The notes under the pieces were generated by a model, which saw nothing but the letters and a program-made list of their open reading frames with translations, ran no database searches and was not told the origin of the DNA. Shown here piece after piece: positions 50,660 through 60,844 of a stretch of 64,000 nt of DNA (position 1 is its first letter; the number at the start of each line of letters is the position of its first letter). Both the position numbers and the translations under genes were made by a program. Origin of the DNA: an uncultured Acidobacteriaceae bacterium (GTDB lineage: Bacteria; Acidobacteriota; Terriglobia; Terriglobales; Acidobacteriaceae); contig CAWJBE010000002.1 in assembly GCA_963841095.1 (NCBI GenBank), forward strand, positions 2,278-66,277, written 5' to 3'.

Positions 50660-51769
50660 ATGTCTCATGGTCTGTTCTCGGGTCTTTTTGCCTCGCGCGG
50701 CCCCGCTGCGCCGCTTGCCGTGCCCGCGCCTGCTAATGGACAAGACCCCTTCGCCGAGCCGGACGCGTTCGCGTCCTTTGCATCTGCCGGCCGGCAGCCA
50801 GCGGACCGCAGCTTCGAGTTTGCCCTTGATGCCCTGCCCTGTAACGCAATGTTCTGCGACCGAGAGCTCATTTTGCGTTACATCAATCGCTCGTCGCGCA
50901 AAACTCTGCTCACTCTCCAGCAATATCTGCCCATGCCTGTAGACCAGATCGTTGGCAACTCGATCCACATCTTCCATCGCTCGCCCGAGCATGTCGATCG
51001 CCTTCTCGGCGCAAAGCAGCATCACGGCAGCCATCGTCTTCCGCACAAGGCTGTCATCGAATTGGGGCCGGTGAAACTCGACCAGGAAATCGCCCCCATG
51101 ATCGACGAGCATGGCGAATATATCGGCGCGGTCGTGCTTTGGGGCGTCAGCACCCAGAAGACGGTCGACGCGCTCAGAAAAGCTCAGGAAACACAGCGCA
51201 GCGACATCGAGCACTTGAACGGTAATTTGCAGATGGTGGCCACGGCCACGCATGAAATCGAATCCAGCATCGCGGAGTTTGCCAAAAACGCCTCTGACCT
51301 GGCTCAGGCAGCCGAAAAATCGCGCTCCGCGAGCGACGAAAGCAAGACTTCGATCCTGAGCCTGCAAACCTCCTCGAGCGGCGTCGCCAAGGTTGCGGAA
51401 CTCATCGCTTCCATCGCCACGCAAACCAGCGTCCTGGCCCTGAACGCAAACATCGAGGCCGCGCGCGCGGGCGTGCATGGCAAGGGATTTGCCGTTGTGG
51501 CCAGCGAAGTGCGCAAGTTGGCCGAGCAAACTGCCGCTGCCACGGCGGAAATTCAGGCCAAGGTCACCGCCATCGGCGCAGACATCTCCACCGCCATCGC
51601 TGCAATCAATCGCATCGCCGGACAAACCGACGATCTATCCGGGCTTTCGCATCAAATGGCCGCCGCCGCAGAGGAGCAGCACCTCGCCACGCAGGAGATG
51701 GCCCATAACCTGGAGCGCGCCGCGCAACGTACTGAAGAAATCGCCAGCATGCGCATCGAAGAGCAGTGA
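50660..51769 (+). CDS. Soluble PAS-domain methyl-accepting chemotaxis protein
   Basis: PAS (NAMFCD...YIN...IFHRSPEH...VVLW); MA domain [32 protein letters not shown]; no TM. Confidence 0.9.
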   Translation: MSHGLFSGLFASRGPAAPLAVPAPANGQDPFAEPDAFASFASAGRQPADRSFEFALDALPCNAMFCDRELILRYINRSSRKTLLTLQQYLPMPVDQIVGNSIHIFHRSPEHVDRLLGAKQHHGSHRLPHKAVIELGPVKLDQEIAPMIDEHGEYIGAVVLWGVSTQKTVDALRKAQETQRSDIEHLNGNLQMVATATHEIESSIAEFAKNASDLAQAAEKSRSASDESKTSILSLQTSSSGVAKVAELIASIATQTSVLALNANIEAARAGVHGKGFAVVASEVRKLAEQTAAATAEIQAKVTAIGADISTAIAAINRIAGQTDDLSGLSHQMAAAAEEQHLATQEMAHNLERAAQRTEEIASMRIEEQ

Positions 51770-51861
51770 AACCGAACCTGCTAGCGTCAGCCGCGAGCCC
51801 TCACTCTCGTCAACCATCCGCCACGGTTCCCGAAAGAAAAGGCTGGTAGCTGGTAGCTGGA

Positions 51862-51986
51862 ACTGGTTGCATAAATCCGGCTTTGAAAGGGCACGGCTTC
51901 AGCCGTGCCGTGAAAAGCCCATATACAGTGGGCTTCAGTCCCTGAGGGACGCTCCTCAACCGGTTTCGAGCATTTATGCAACCAGT
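51862..51986. repeat. MITE/REP-like element with 15-bp terminal inverted repeats
   Basis: actggttgcataaat (51862-51876) and atttatgcaaccagt (51972-51986); internal palindrome ggcacggc-ttca-gccgtgcc; non-coding, between convergent genes. Confidence 0.7.
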
Positions 51987-52001
51987 ACTAGTCGCTGCCT
52001 C

Positions 52002-53393
52002 CTACGCCGTCGCCGTCGCTACCGCGCTCGCTTCGTGTTCCTTCTCGGCCGCCGTCAGCGCCTCTTCCAGAATGTCGAGCGCAACGGTGGCTTCTTCCTT
52101 GCTCACAATCAGCGGCGGCGACAGCCGCAGCGAAGTTTCGCCACAGCCCAGCACAATCAGCCCGCGCTCAAAGGCCAGCGTCTCCACGCGGTTGCGCAGG
52201 TCCACCGCAGGCTCGCGCGTGGCCTTGTCCTTCACCAGCTCGATGCCGATCATCAGACCACGCCCGCGCACGTCGCCCACCGCGGCGTGGGTCTGCTTCC
52301 ATCCGCGCACGCGCTCCAGCATAAACTCGCCCACTTCCGCGGCGTTCCCAATTCCCTCGCGCTGCAATATGTCCATGGTCGCCAGCGCCGCTGCAATTGA
52401 CACCGGGTTTCCGCCGAATGTCGATGCGTGCGAGCCTGGCGCCCAGTCCATAATTGCCGCGCGTGTCATGCAGATGCCCAGCGGCATGCCGCTTGCAATC
52501 CCCTTTGCCATGCAAACAATATCCGGCTCCACGCCTGAGTGTTCGATGGCCCACCACTTGCCCGTGCGCCCGCATCCGCACTGCACCTCATCCACTACCA
52601 GCAAAATGCCGTGCCGGTCGCAAATACGCCGCAGTTCGCGCAGAAAATTGTTCGGCGCTACAACAAACCCGCCCTCGCCCTGGATCGGCTCAACGAAGAT
52701 CGCCGCCACTTCTTCAGGCGGAAGAATCGTCTTGAAAAGTTTCTCCTCGATGTACCGCGCGCAGCCCAGGCTGAATGCCTCTTCCTCTTGCGGCCCGCCC
52801 GTGCATCCGCGATAGACGTAGGGATAGCGCACATGCGTCACGCCCGGCACCAGTGGCGAAAAGCGCCGCTTCTGCTGCGGTTTTGAGCCGGTCAGTGACA
52901 GCGCGCCCATGGTGCGACCGTGGAATGCGCCGAAAAACGAGATGATCTGCTGGCGTCCGGTGTGGTACCGCGCCACCTTCAGCGCGCACTCAATAGCCTC
53001 GGCGCCGGAGTTGCCATAGAAGAACCGGTGCGGGCCGGGCATCGGCGCTACGGCCGAGAGCTTCTCCGCCAGATCGGTCAGCCCTTCGTAATAGAAATCC
53101 GTACCCGATATATGGATCAGTTCCGCCGCCTGCTTCTGAATCGCGGCTACAACCTCAGGATGGCAATGGCCGGTTGAAACCACCGCGATGCCCGCAGCGA
53201 AATCGAGGAACTCGTTGCCGTCCGGATCTTCTACGCGCACGCCGCGTCCGCGCTTGGCCACCAGTGGATACGAGCGCGTGTAGCTCGGCGAAATCAGTCG
53301 CCTGTCGGCCTCAACGGCGGCTTTGGCCTTTTGCCCCGGAAGCTTGCTAACCAGTTTCGGTCCGTACTGTGCATGCAACTCTTGCTTTGTCAT
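52002..53393 (-). CDS. Class III PLP aminotransferase (4-aminobutyrate/acetylornithine-type)
   Basis: FLDFAAGIAV, NSGAEAIE, FHGRT, EPIQGEGG, DEVQCG.GRTG, AKGIASG. Confidence 0.92.
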   Translation of the reverse strand: MTKQELHAQYGPKLVSKLPGQKAKAAVEADRRLISPSYTRSYPLVAKRGRGVRVEDPDGNEFLDFAAGIAVVSTGHCHPEVVAAIQKQAAELIHISGTDFYYEGLTDLAEKLSAVAPMPGPHRFFYGNSGAEAIECALKVARYHTGRQQIISFFGAFHGRTMGALSLTGSKPQQKRRFSPLVPGVTHVRYPYVYRGCTGGPQEEEAFSLGCARYIEEKLFKTILPPEEVAAIFVEPIQGEGGFVVAPNNFLRELRRICDRHGILLVVDEVQCGCGRTGKWWAIEHSGVEPDIVCMAKGIASGMPLGICMTRAAIMDWAPGSHASTFGGNPVSIAAALATMDILQREGIGNAAEVGEFMLERVRGWKQTHAAVGDVRGRGLMIGIELVKDKATREPAVDLRNRVETLAFERGLIVLGCGETSLRLSPPLIVSKEEATVALDILEEALTAAEKEHEASAVATATA

Positions 53394-53651
53394 CGAATAT
53401 TCTCCTCGGCAATCTTGTTTCAAGTGGCGCAGCGCAAAACCGCTCCGTGTACGGATGGGTAGATGGAACGCGGCCACCGATCCCGGCGCGCGGGATCATT
53501 CACTTCTGCGGACCCATGCAGAGTCCATCAAAAGCAGCTTCGGAAACGTTGCGCTTGCAGGCGATTCAAGCCTCAGCGGATCACAGGGATCGAAAACCCT
53601 GGCGAGCGCTTTGACTTTGCGGTGTTTCCGGAACTGCTCGAAAGGCGAGGA

Positions 53652-53685
53652 TCTTCGGCGGTGTGATGCTAGTCGCCGCCGAAGA
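53652..53685. terminator. Hairpin downstream of cysS
   Basis: Perfect 10-bp inverted repeat tcttcggcgg/ccgccgaaga; no clear U-tract. Confidence 0.35.
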
Positions 53686-53883
53686 GGCTAGGTCGTGTGC
53701 GGGTGGGGAGCACGCGCAGGTGCCGCCGCAAGCAAATGCCACGCGCGCGCGGCCGCGACCAGCGTTTGGTGGCTGGCGCAAGCTGCAATCTCCAAATGGC
53801 GCGCGTATGCATCAAAATCCTCTTCACTTCGAGCATAGCACGCGGCCTGGCCGCCTCGCCACGCTGACACTAGAAGCGCCTTG

Positions 53884-55363
53884 TCACTTCCGCTTCCAGC
53901 GCACGCCGTCCTTCGAGTCCTCCAGCACCACGCCCTTCTCCGCCAGCTCGTTGCGAATCTGGTCGGCGCGCGCAAAATTGCGCTGCTTCTTGGCCTGCGT
54001 GCGCTCCGCCACCAGCGCCTCTATCGCCGCATCCGTCAATGACTGCCGGGCAATCAACTCGGGAGCCACCTCGTCCATGCGGCCCGCCTGCTCCGCCCAC
54101 TTCAGCGCGCGGCGTGTCGGCTCTGCGTCGCGATCTTCCAGCACGTCAAACACAGCATCGAAATCCTTCAGCACCGGCAGAATCGCATCGCGGTCGGCAG
54201 CGAAAAACTGCCCCTGGTCGATAGCCGTGTTCGCAGCGCGCACCAGCTCAAAAATCGGCGCGCGCGCTTCAGCGGTATTCAAATCGTTCGCCAGCGCCTC
54301 CATGTACTCAGCCTGCGCCTTCTTCGCGGCCTCCTGCAGCGCGGAGTTTTCGCCCGCCGCAAAAGTCCCCGTCGTCAGCCGCTCATAAAACGTGCGCAGC
54401 CGCTCAATGGCGCTCGTCGCCTCCGTCAGCCCGTCGAAAGTGAAGTTGAACTGATGCCTGTACGGCACTGAAACCAGCGCCAGCCGGATCGCCGAAGCCT
54501 TGTACCCCTTCAGCAGCAGATCGCGAAGAGTATAGAAATTGCCTTCGCTCTTTGACATCTTGCGCCCGTCCACCAGCAGAAACCGCACGTGCATCCAATG
54601 CCGCGCAAACTGCTTGTGCGTCGCTGTCTCGCTCTGCGCAATTTCATTCTCGTGATGCGGAAACATCAGGTCTTCGCCGCCCGCATGCAAATCGAAGCTC
54701 TCGCCCAGGTACTCCATCGCCATCGCCGAACACTCGATGTGCCATCCCGGCCGCCCGCGTCCAATCGCCGTCTCCCACGAAGTCTCGCCGGGTTTGGCAG
54801 CCTTCCACAAGCGCAAAGTCGCGCGCCGAATCCTTCTCGTACTCGTCCACGTCCACGCGCGCGCCGTCTTCCATGCCGCTCAAATCCTTCTTGCTCAGTT
54901 TCCCGTACTCTGGAAATGCCGCCAGCCTGAAGTACCACGAACCATCCTCGGTCTTGTACGCCGCTCCTTCCGCGGCCAGCTTCTCCACCAGCGTCACCAT
55001 CTGCTTGATGTGCTCCGTGGCACGCGCAATCTGCTCCGGCCGCTCGATGCGCAGCGCCTCCAGATCCTCAAAGAACGCCTCGACATACGGCTCCGTGTAT
55101 TCGCCGATGGCAACGCCCTTCTCCGCCGCGTTGCGAATAATCTTGTCGTCCACGTCCGTAATGTTCATCACATGGCGCACCGGCGTACCGGCCAGCCGCA
55201 AGGCGCGCCGCAAAATATCGATCTGCAGAAATGTGCGGAAGTTGCCGATGTGCCCGTAGTCGTAGACCGTCGGCCCGCACGCATACATGCGCAGCGCCTT
55301 GCCATCGGCAGGCACCAGCGCATCCAGTTGTCCCGTGAGGGTATTAAACAAACGGAGGGTCAT
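53884..55363 (-). CDS. cysS: Cysteine--tRNA ligase with one +1 frameshift near 54812
   Basis: CGPTVYDYGHIGN (HIGH), NITDVDDKII, DFALWK (restored by deleting one T), GRPGWHIECSAM, KMSKS. Confidence 0.95.
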
Positions 55364-55582
55364 CGCTCAAGCGGCTCGTGCATCGCCCGGCTTCTGTCAT
55401 GCCCGGCCCGCTCATCGCGCCAGTGCAATTTGCCGGTTCGTGGCCTACTCGATTGTAGCAGCGCAGATCCACTCCTGCGGCTTGGCGCCTTCCCAGCTGT
55501 GATTGCCTATTCGTCCAATCGACAGATCCAGACAGGTCACCAGATAGGATAAAAAATATCCTATCTGTGCTATGCTCAATTC

Positions 55583-55909
55583 ATGGCCGGGTCGAGAAAG
55601 GCAGCCGGTAAGCTGGTCAAGGTGACAGACGAAGCCACCGTCATTCGCTGCGCCGCTGGGGAAGGGTTGATTCGCGAAGAAGTGTCGACGGACGCGTCTG
55701 GCAAAGTTATCCGTTGGAACCTCGCACTCATCAATTTCGGTTTGTTCTCGAAAGACAATGGACGGGTTCTTGGTTACGACACAGCGCACAGACGACTGCA
55801 TCGCCATTTCGCAGGAGCCGTCACAACTATCGAAGCAGCGCCTTACAACGAGGCATTTGACCGATTCATCGCAGAAGTGGATGAACTAAAAAAACGGGAG
55901 GAGTTATGA
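55583..55909 (+). CDS. DUF6516/TumE-like putative toxin
   Basis: DNGRVLGYDTAH...HRH motif; overlaps the next gene (ATGA). Confidence 0.7.
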   Translation: MAGSRKAAGKLVKVTDEATVIRCAAGEGLIREEVSTDASGKVIRWNLALINFGLFSKDNGRVLGYDTAHRRLHRHFAGAVTTIEAAPYNEAFDRFIAEVDELKKREEL

Positions 55910-56277
55910 AGACAACGATCTACACTGACGGCTTTGAAGGCTGGGCGAAGCGGGCCAGGACGCGCGCCAAGGCCATCACCGAAGGCCGTGATTTCCCTCC
56001 CTCGCGAGGCATCACCTTTGAGAGCGCGGCGGATATGGTCCGTCTCCTCACCCCTTCGCGCCTTGACCTGGTCGAGACAATCAAAAAGAAGAAACGGACC
56101 GTCTCGATTCAGCAGCTCGCAGCCGCGTTGGGCCGTGACGTGAGCGCGGTGCGCCGCGACGTCACGGCGCTGGAAAAATTCGGCATCGTCTCATCCCGGC
56201 ACGTCGTCAACCCGGGGCACGGACGCGTGCGCGTGATCTCGGCACCAGCAAGGATCTCCATCTCGGCCGAACTGTAG
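55906..56277 (+). CDS. HTH DNA-binding protein (HVO_A0114-like), putative antitoxin
   Basis: FESAADMVRLLTPSRLDL...SIQQLAAALGRDVSAVRRDV..LE..GIV, NPGHG. Confidence 0.8.
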   Translation: MKTTIYTDGFEGWAKRARTRAKAITEGRDFPPSRGITFESAADMVRLLTPSRLDLVETIKKKKRTVSIQQLAAALGRDVSAVRRDVTALEKFGIVSSRHVVNPGHGRVRVISAPARISISAEL

Positions 56278-56293
56278 CCGTTCAACACCGGTC

Positions 56294-57061
56294 TCACCCC
56301 ATCGCCGCGGCCCAGCCCACGCCGATCAGCACGAACAGCGCCCACCAGCCAAACACGGCCATGTAACCCGAGCTCCGTTTCGTCCCCGCCACAATCGCCG
56401 TTCCCATTCCAATAAGCACCAGCGACCAGATGGTGAGTACGTCCACCGAGGTCGCAAGCGTATACAGCCAGGGGGTGGTATCCGGCGGGAGAAACGCGCC
56501 AATATTTGTTGGCGCAAAATTCTTGATGTTGAACGACTCCGGTGCCATCCCCGCAAAAATCACAACCGTCCCCAGCAGCGCCTTGATCGACATCGGCAGC
56601 CACGCATAATAGAAAACCGCAAAAATGCTCCCGTACTTTGCCTTGCCGCCAAAAATAAAGTTGATGGTGCCCATAAGCCCCAATGCGAGGATCAGCACAG
56701 ACACAATCCCAATCACCGGCCCGGCCAGAAACGCTCCTTCCGTAATCCCGACCGCGATCTTCTCGCCAACCGCGCGCTGCTCCGGCGTCGCATTCGCCAT
56801 CCGCTCCTGCGATTTGGGATTGAGCCGAATCTGGTTGTCCACCACCTGCTGGATCCCGATCTTCTGCATCACAACGCCAAACAGCATGTAGGAAAATAGC
56901 GCGCCAATGATCAGCGGCAGCCACCAGCTCCGGTTGCCGCGCTTGATGTCTTCAAACGTCTTCGACGGCGCGGTGAACGTGTCCGCTACGCGCTGCCACT
57001 GGGAAAGCCCGGCGCCTCCAGGTGCTGCATCGGCCATCGGCTGAACTCCCATATCGCTCAT
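56294..57061 (-). CDS. YIP1-family membrane protein
   Basis: TFTAPSKTF, five hydrophobic segments. Confidence 0.8.
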   Translation of the reverse strand: MSDMGVQPMADAAPGGAGLSQWQRVADTFTAPSKTFEDIKRGNRSWWLPLIIGALFSYMLFGVVMQKIGIQQVVDNQIRLNPKSQERMANATPEQRAVGEKIAVGITEGAFLAGPVIGIVSVLILALGLMGTINFIFGGKAKYGSIFAVFYYAWLPMSIKALLGTVVIFAGMAPESFNIKNFAPTNIGAFLPPDTTPWLYTLATSVDVLTIWSLVLIGMGTAIVAGTKRSSGYMAVFGWWALFVLIGVGWAAAMG

Positions 57062-57285
57062 GGTTTCGCCTTTCAAGGTGCGGTTACTGGATTCGCGCAC
57101 AGCGTCCCAATATCCCATGCAGGCGCATTTGCGGGTATCCACTGCCAACTCGCAAATCCGCCTGGCACAGAAAATCTGTTTCGCCTGCGCCCTGCACTTT
57201 GCATTTGCCCGCGATTGTACTCTCGCTGAGCCCTTGAAATCGAATGAATTTTCCGGATGTGAAGGCGCCGGCTTCGCGCCCGCGT

Positions 57286-58722
57286 CTACAGCCCGTCCGC
57301 CGCAACCTGGGCGCCCGCATCGGGAGCGGAGTGGCTCCCGGGACCGCGCGTCGACCGCCGTGTTGGTGACGTAGCCGGCGACGCCCGGCGCGTCCTTCTC
57401 GGCGGCGCATAAGTTTCGTACACGGTAATGTGGAAGCAGGCCTGCTGGAACTCTTCCTCCACATCGATCTTTCCCTCATCTTGCAGCGCCAGCAGCCGCC
57501 GCCGCATCCATGCAATCTCCGCCCGGCTCAGCCCCTGCTTGGCAATGTCCACCGTGGCTCCGGTCACGTGCGGACTCACAATGTCACCTTCGGCCGGCGC
57601 CGCATTCCCATTGATCTCCATCAGTCGCTTCTGGTACTCCACGGTCCTCACCGCGGAGTTCACCTGTAGCGGTCGATGAAACAACGCCGCATGGGCCCGC
57701 GCCAGGTCTGCAAGAAAACGCGCCGTCCACGGCCGGCAATATCGGTGGTTCACCGGCAAATTCGCATTCACCGTCAGCGCGCTCGATGCCGGCACAGGCA
57801 CCAGCAGCTTATCGGCGATGCGCGACTGCAGATCGTCTTCATCCTCAATTCGCTCCAGGCCCTCTGCATCCAGCCGCTCGTTCTGCCGCTCCAGCGACGC
57901 AAGCGATCCGCGCAGCGGCGCCGGCATCCCTCCACGTAAAATCTGCAGTGAAGCTTCTTCGGTCGGCGCATCCGGGCTCGCCGTCCGGCCCGCGCGCGGC
58001 AAATCGTCTGTTTGGCTTGTGCCGTCGTCCGCTGTGTCACTTCCCTTCAATGAAGCCCAATCGTCATCCGGCTCACGCGCGTCGTCCGTAGCCGCCGGCT
58101 GCACATCTTTCGCTGTCGCTTCCGCGGGGCTTTCTTCCGCCTCCGCCATTCGCGGTGTCGCTTGCCCACGCGTTCGTACCGGATCCGTGTCAGCCCGCGC
58201 CGGTTGCGCCTCGCGCTGCGGCTCCGCAATCCGCGATTCGGCGTTCACCGCTTCCGCAGTCTCTGGCGGCCGGGCTATCGGAACGCGAGCAGCCGTTCTC
58301 ACCTCAACGCGATCTGCAGTTCGGATATGCTCGGAACTTTGGGAATCAGGGGGAGGGCTGTATCGAGTGGCTTCAGCGCGAAGGCGCGCGCGAGATCTCT
58401 CTGCGCGAAGCGCCGTATCACGGCGCGAAGCTTCTCGTTGATCGAGCCGCTGCCGGATCGCAAGTCCCGCCGCGCGCCCTACCTCGTCCGGAGTCGGCTT
58501 ATCGCCTTCGCGCGCCTTGACCCGCGCGGCCGCTGCGGTCGTTCTTGTGCGCGTCGCGGCAATGTGATGCGCTCTGTAAGTGATCGCCCGGCGATGCCTC
58601 GCGTGCGAGCCGGCCGCTACCGGAGTTCTCCGATGCCTCTTCGCCGCCGAATCTTGCGCAGCGTGGGCGTCGGCAAATGTCAGAGCCGCCAGCGCAACCA
58701 GTAGAATCGCAGCACGGCGCAT
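57286..58722 (-). CDS. DUF5715 protein (peptidase M15-like C-terminal domain)
   Basis: Signal peptide, long disordered linker, SAVRT...SPH.TG.TVDI...EEE.Q.CFH. Confidence 0.75.
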   Translation of the reverse strand: MRRAAILLVALAALTFADAHAAQDSAAKRHRRTPVAAGSHARHRRAITYRAHHIAATRTRTTAAAARVKAREGDKPTPDEVGRAAGLAIRQRLDQREASRRDTALRAERSRARLRAEATRYSPPPDSQSSEHIRTADRVEVRTAARVPIARPPETAEAVNAESRIAEPQREAQPARADTDPVRTRGQATPRMAEAEESPAEATAKDVQPAATDDAREPDDDWASLKGSDTADDGTSQTDDLPRAGRTASPDAPTEEASLQILRGGMPAPLRGSLASLERQNERLDAEGLERIEDEDDLQSRIADKLLVPVPASSALTVNANLPVNHRYCRPWTARFLADLARAHAALFHRPLQVNSAVRTVEYQKRLMEINGNAAPAEGDIVSPHVTGATVDIAKQGLSRAEIAWMRRRLLALQDEGKIDVEEEFQQACFHITVYETYAPPRRTRRASPATSPTRRSTRGPGSHSAPDAGAQVAADGL

Positions 58723-58863
58723 GGGGGAGTGTGCGGACAATCGAGAGCATCTCCAGTCTACGTCGATCCGCCACGTCCTCAAAGTGCCTTTGCGGATGCG
58801 GTCTTGTCTGATAATTGGACGCGCGTTACCGAGATTCGGTTTTGTCCAGTCATCGAGCTGAGC

Positions 58864-59616
58864 CTAGCTCGTCGTCGCTGGCGCAGCGTCCGCCCCAGCC
58901 GCCGGAACCACCGGCCTTGCCGGCGGCGTCAAAACAAAGCCCTTGCGGACAAGCGCAAACCCCGCCTGCGGCAACTCCGCCTGCAGCAGCTGATTTTCCG
59001 GCCCGGAAAATAAATCTGTATTCGCGCCGGCAATCGTGGCCACCAGGTGATGAACCGTGATCGGCTTGCCGTCGAGCGTCCCCGCCTGATCGGGATATGT
59101 GGCCAGTTGCACCGGCTCAATCGAGCCCGCATTCTTAGGCAAAATGGCCCAAAGATCGCGGTTATTCTGCTGAACCGCCAGCGCAAGCAATGTCTCCAGC
59201 GCGCCAGGATCGAAGTCCGGCATAAACACTGCTCCGGGGTGAGCAGTCAGGCGCGTAGTCGAGCTTTTTCCGTTCGCTGAAATGTTCAGCAGCAACTGCG
59301 CCGAGTCCGGCTCCGCGATTACATTCACCGCCTCGCCGTTTACCGTCGCGCTCAGCAGCACGTGTTGCAGTTGGTTGGCTTGCGAAAGCCGCTCCGTCTT
59401 CGACAGCGCATAGTCCAACCCCTGCATCGCGACCTTCACCAGCGAACTCGAATCGTAGCCCTCGGGCTTGGCCGTAAATTCAAAGCTGGCCGTGCCCACG
59501 GCATGGCCATTCTCTGCGATCTCAAAACTGCCGGCCTGCGCGCGCACGGCAACCGGCATAGCCGTCGCAATCAAGGCAAAAAATCCCGCAACCGGGAAAT
59601 GGCGCAAACTACGCAT
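58864..59616 (-). CDS. Secreted hypothetical protein
   Basis: Signal peptide (..VRA), beta-rich body; no family recognised. Confidence 0.75.
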   Translation of the reverse strand: MRSLRHFPVAGFFALIATAMPVAVRAQAGSFEIAENGHAVGTASFEFTAKPEGYDSSSLVKVAMQGLDYALSKTERLSQANQLQHVLLSATVNGEAVNVIAEPDSAQLLLNISANGKSSTTRLTAHPGAVFMPDFDPGALETLLALAVQQNNRDLWAILPKNAGSIEPVQLATYPDQAGTLDGKPITVHHLVATIAGANTDLFSGPENQLLQAELPQAGFALVRKGFVLTPPARPVVPAAGADAAPATTS

Positions 59617-59800
59617 AGGGTTCTCGAAACCCCTCTACCCATTTAGACACCAATCGCAGCAAAGGGTTGCGGCACTGCAGAGAGTAAGCACTTGGGAGTA
59701 GGGAGTAGTCGATTCCGCGCGTTTACTTAGCCCTTCGATTCCGGCATATGAGTGGCCAATCCATCAACCGCGGTCTCAAAAGATCTCCCACGTAAATCCG

Positions 59801-59865
59801 CCTGTTCCCTGTTCTCTGTTCTCTCTTTTCTCTGTTCTCTGTTCTCTAAGTCCCTAGTCCCTAGC
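59801..59865. repeat. Imperfect heptamer tandem repeat (ctgttct, then ccctagt)
   Basis: cctgttc cctgttc tctgttc ... tctgttc tctgttc tctaagt ccctagt ccctagc, directly downstream of gnd. Confidence 0.7.
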
Positions 59866-60766
59866 TCTTCTTCACTCCATGCCCGCCGAACTCATTGCGC
59901 ATAATGGCCAGCATGCGGTCGGTAAAGTTGTTCTCTTCGCGCGATCGGATGCGGCGAATCACCGACTCTGTGATCACCGGCGCGGACACATTCAAATCAA
60001 TCGCCTCGAAGACAGTCCACCGCCCCTCGCCAGAATCCACAACATACGCCTGCAATCCATCCAGCGTGGGATTGCCGGCCAGTGCGTCGGCAGTCAAGTC
60101 CAAAAGCCAGCTTCGAATCACGCTGCCATAGCGCCATATCTGCGCGATCTGCGGCAGGTTCAGGTGCATCTCCTGCTTCTTTTCCAGCACGGTGAATCCT
60201 TCGGCATAGGCCTGCATAATTCCGTATTCAATTCCGTTGTGCACCATCTTCACAAAGTGCCCTGCACCCGCCGGACCCACGTGCCCCCATCCTTTATCGG
60301 CCGCCGGCGCAAGCGCCTCGAAGATCGGCCGCAGATACTCCACCGGGTCGGCGTCGCCGCCCACCATCATGCTGTAGCCTTCCTTCAAGCCCCACACGCC
60401 GCCCGAAGTCCCCACATCCACAAACTGAAATCCTTTTGCGGTCACCTCCTTGTAGTGCCGCATCGAATCCTTGTACATCGAGTTGCCGCCATCGATCAGA
60501 ATGTCGCCAGGGTTCAGCAGCGGCTCCAGTTTCGCAATCGTCTCATCCACCGCCTTGCCCTGCGGCACCATGATCCATATCGCCTTGCGCCCCTTCAGGT
60601 TCTTTGCCAGGTCCTCGAGCGACGAAACACCCACACTCCCCGCCTTCGTCAGCTTCGCCACGGCATCGGCATTAAAGTCGAAGCCCACCACCTGGTGCCC
60701 CGCCAGCTTCAGCCGTTCCGCCATGTTCCCGCCCATCTTGCCCAGGCCAATCATTCCTAGTTGCAT
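59861..60766 (-). CDS. gnd: Decarboxylating 6-phosphogluconate dehydrogenase (core copy)
   Basis: [34 protein letters not shown]; in a tkt-rpiB-HAD-gnd cluster. Confidence 0.95.
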   Translation of the reverse strand: MQLGMIGLGKMGGNMAERLKLAGHQVVGFDFNADAVAKLTKAGSVGVSSLEDLAKNLKGRKAIWIMVPQGKAVDETIAKLEPLLNPGDILIDGGNSMYKDSMRHYKEVTAKGFQFVDVGTSGGVWGLKEGYSMMVGGDADPVEYLRPIFEALAPAADKGWGHVGPAGAGHFVKMVHNGIEYGIMQAYAEGFTVLEKKQEMHLNLPQIAQIWRYGSVIRSWLLDLTADALAGNPTLDGLQAYVVDSGEGRWTVFEAIDLNVSAPVITESVIRRIRSREENNFTDRMLAIMRNEFGGHGVKKS

Positions 60767-60844
60767 AATTCCTCCATCACTGGTTGCCCCAGTTCCCGTC
60801 CACCGCGGCGGATGAGCCCCTGCGCTTAACTCCGCTGACCGTCT

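Noticed and set aside
49985-51625. 546-aa minus-strand ORF as a novel YraN fusion
   Set aside because: The upstream part is the antisense shadow of the MCP gene; only the last 160 codons are YraN-like.
53884-55363. cysS pseudogene or programmed frameshift
   Set aside because: One extra T breaks DFALWK with no slippery site, and the same single-base error pattern recurs in other genes, so a sequencing artefact is more likely.
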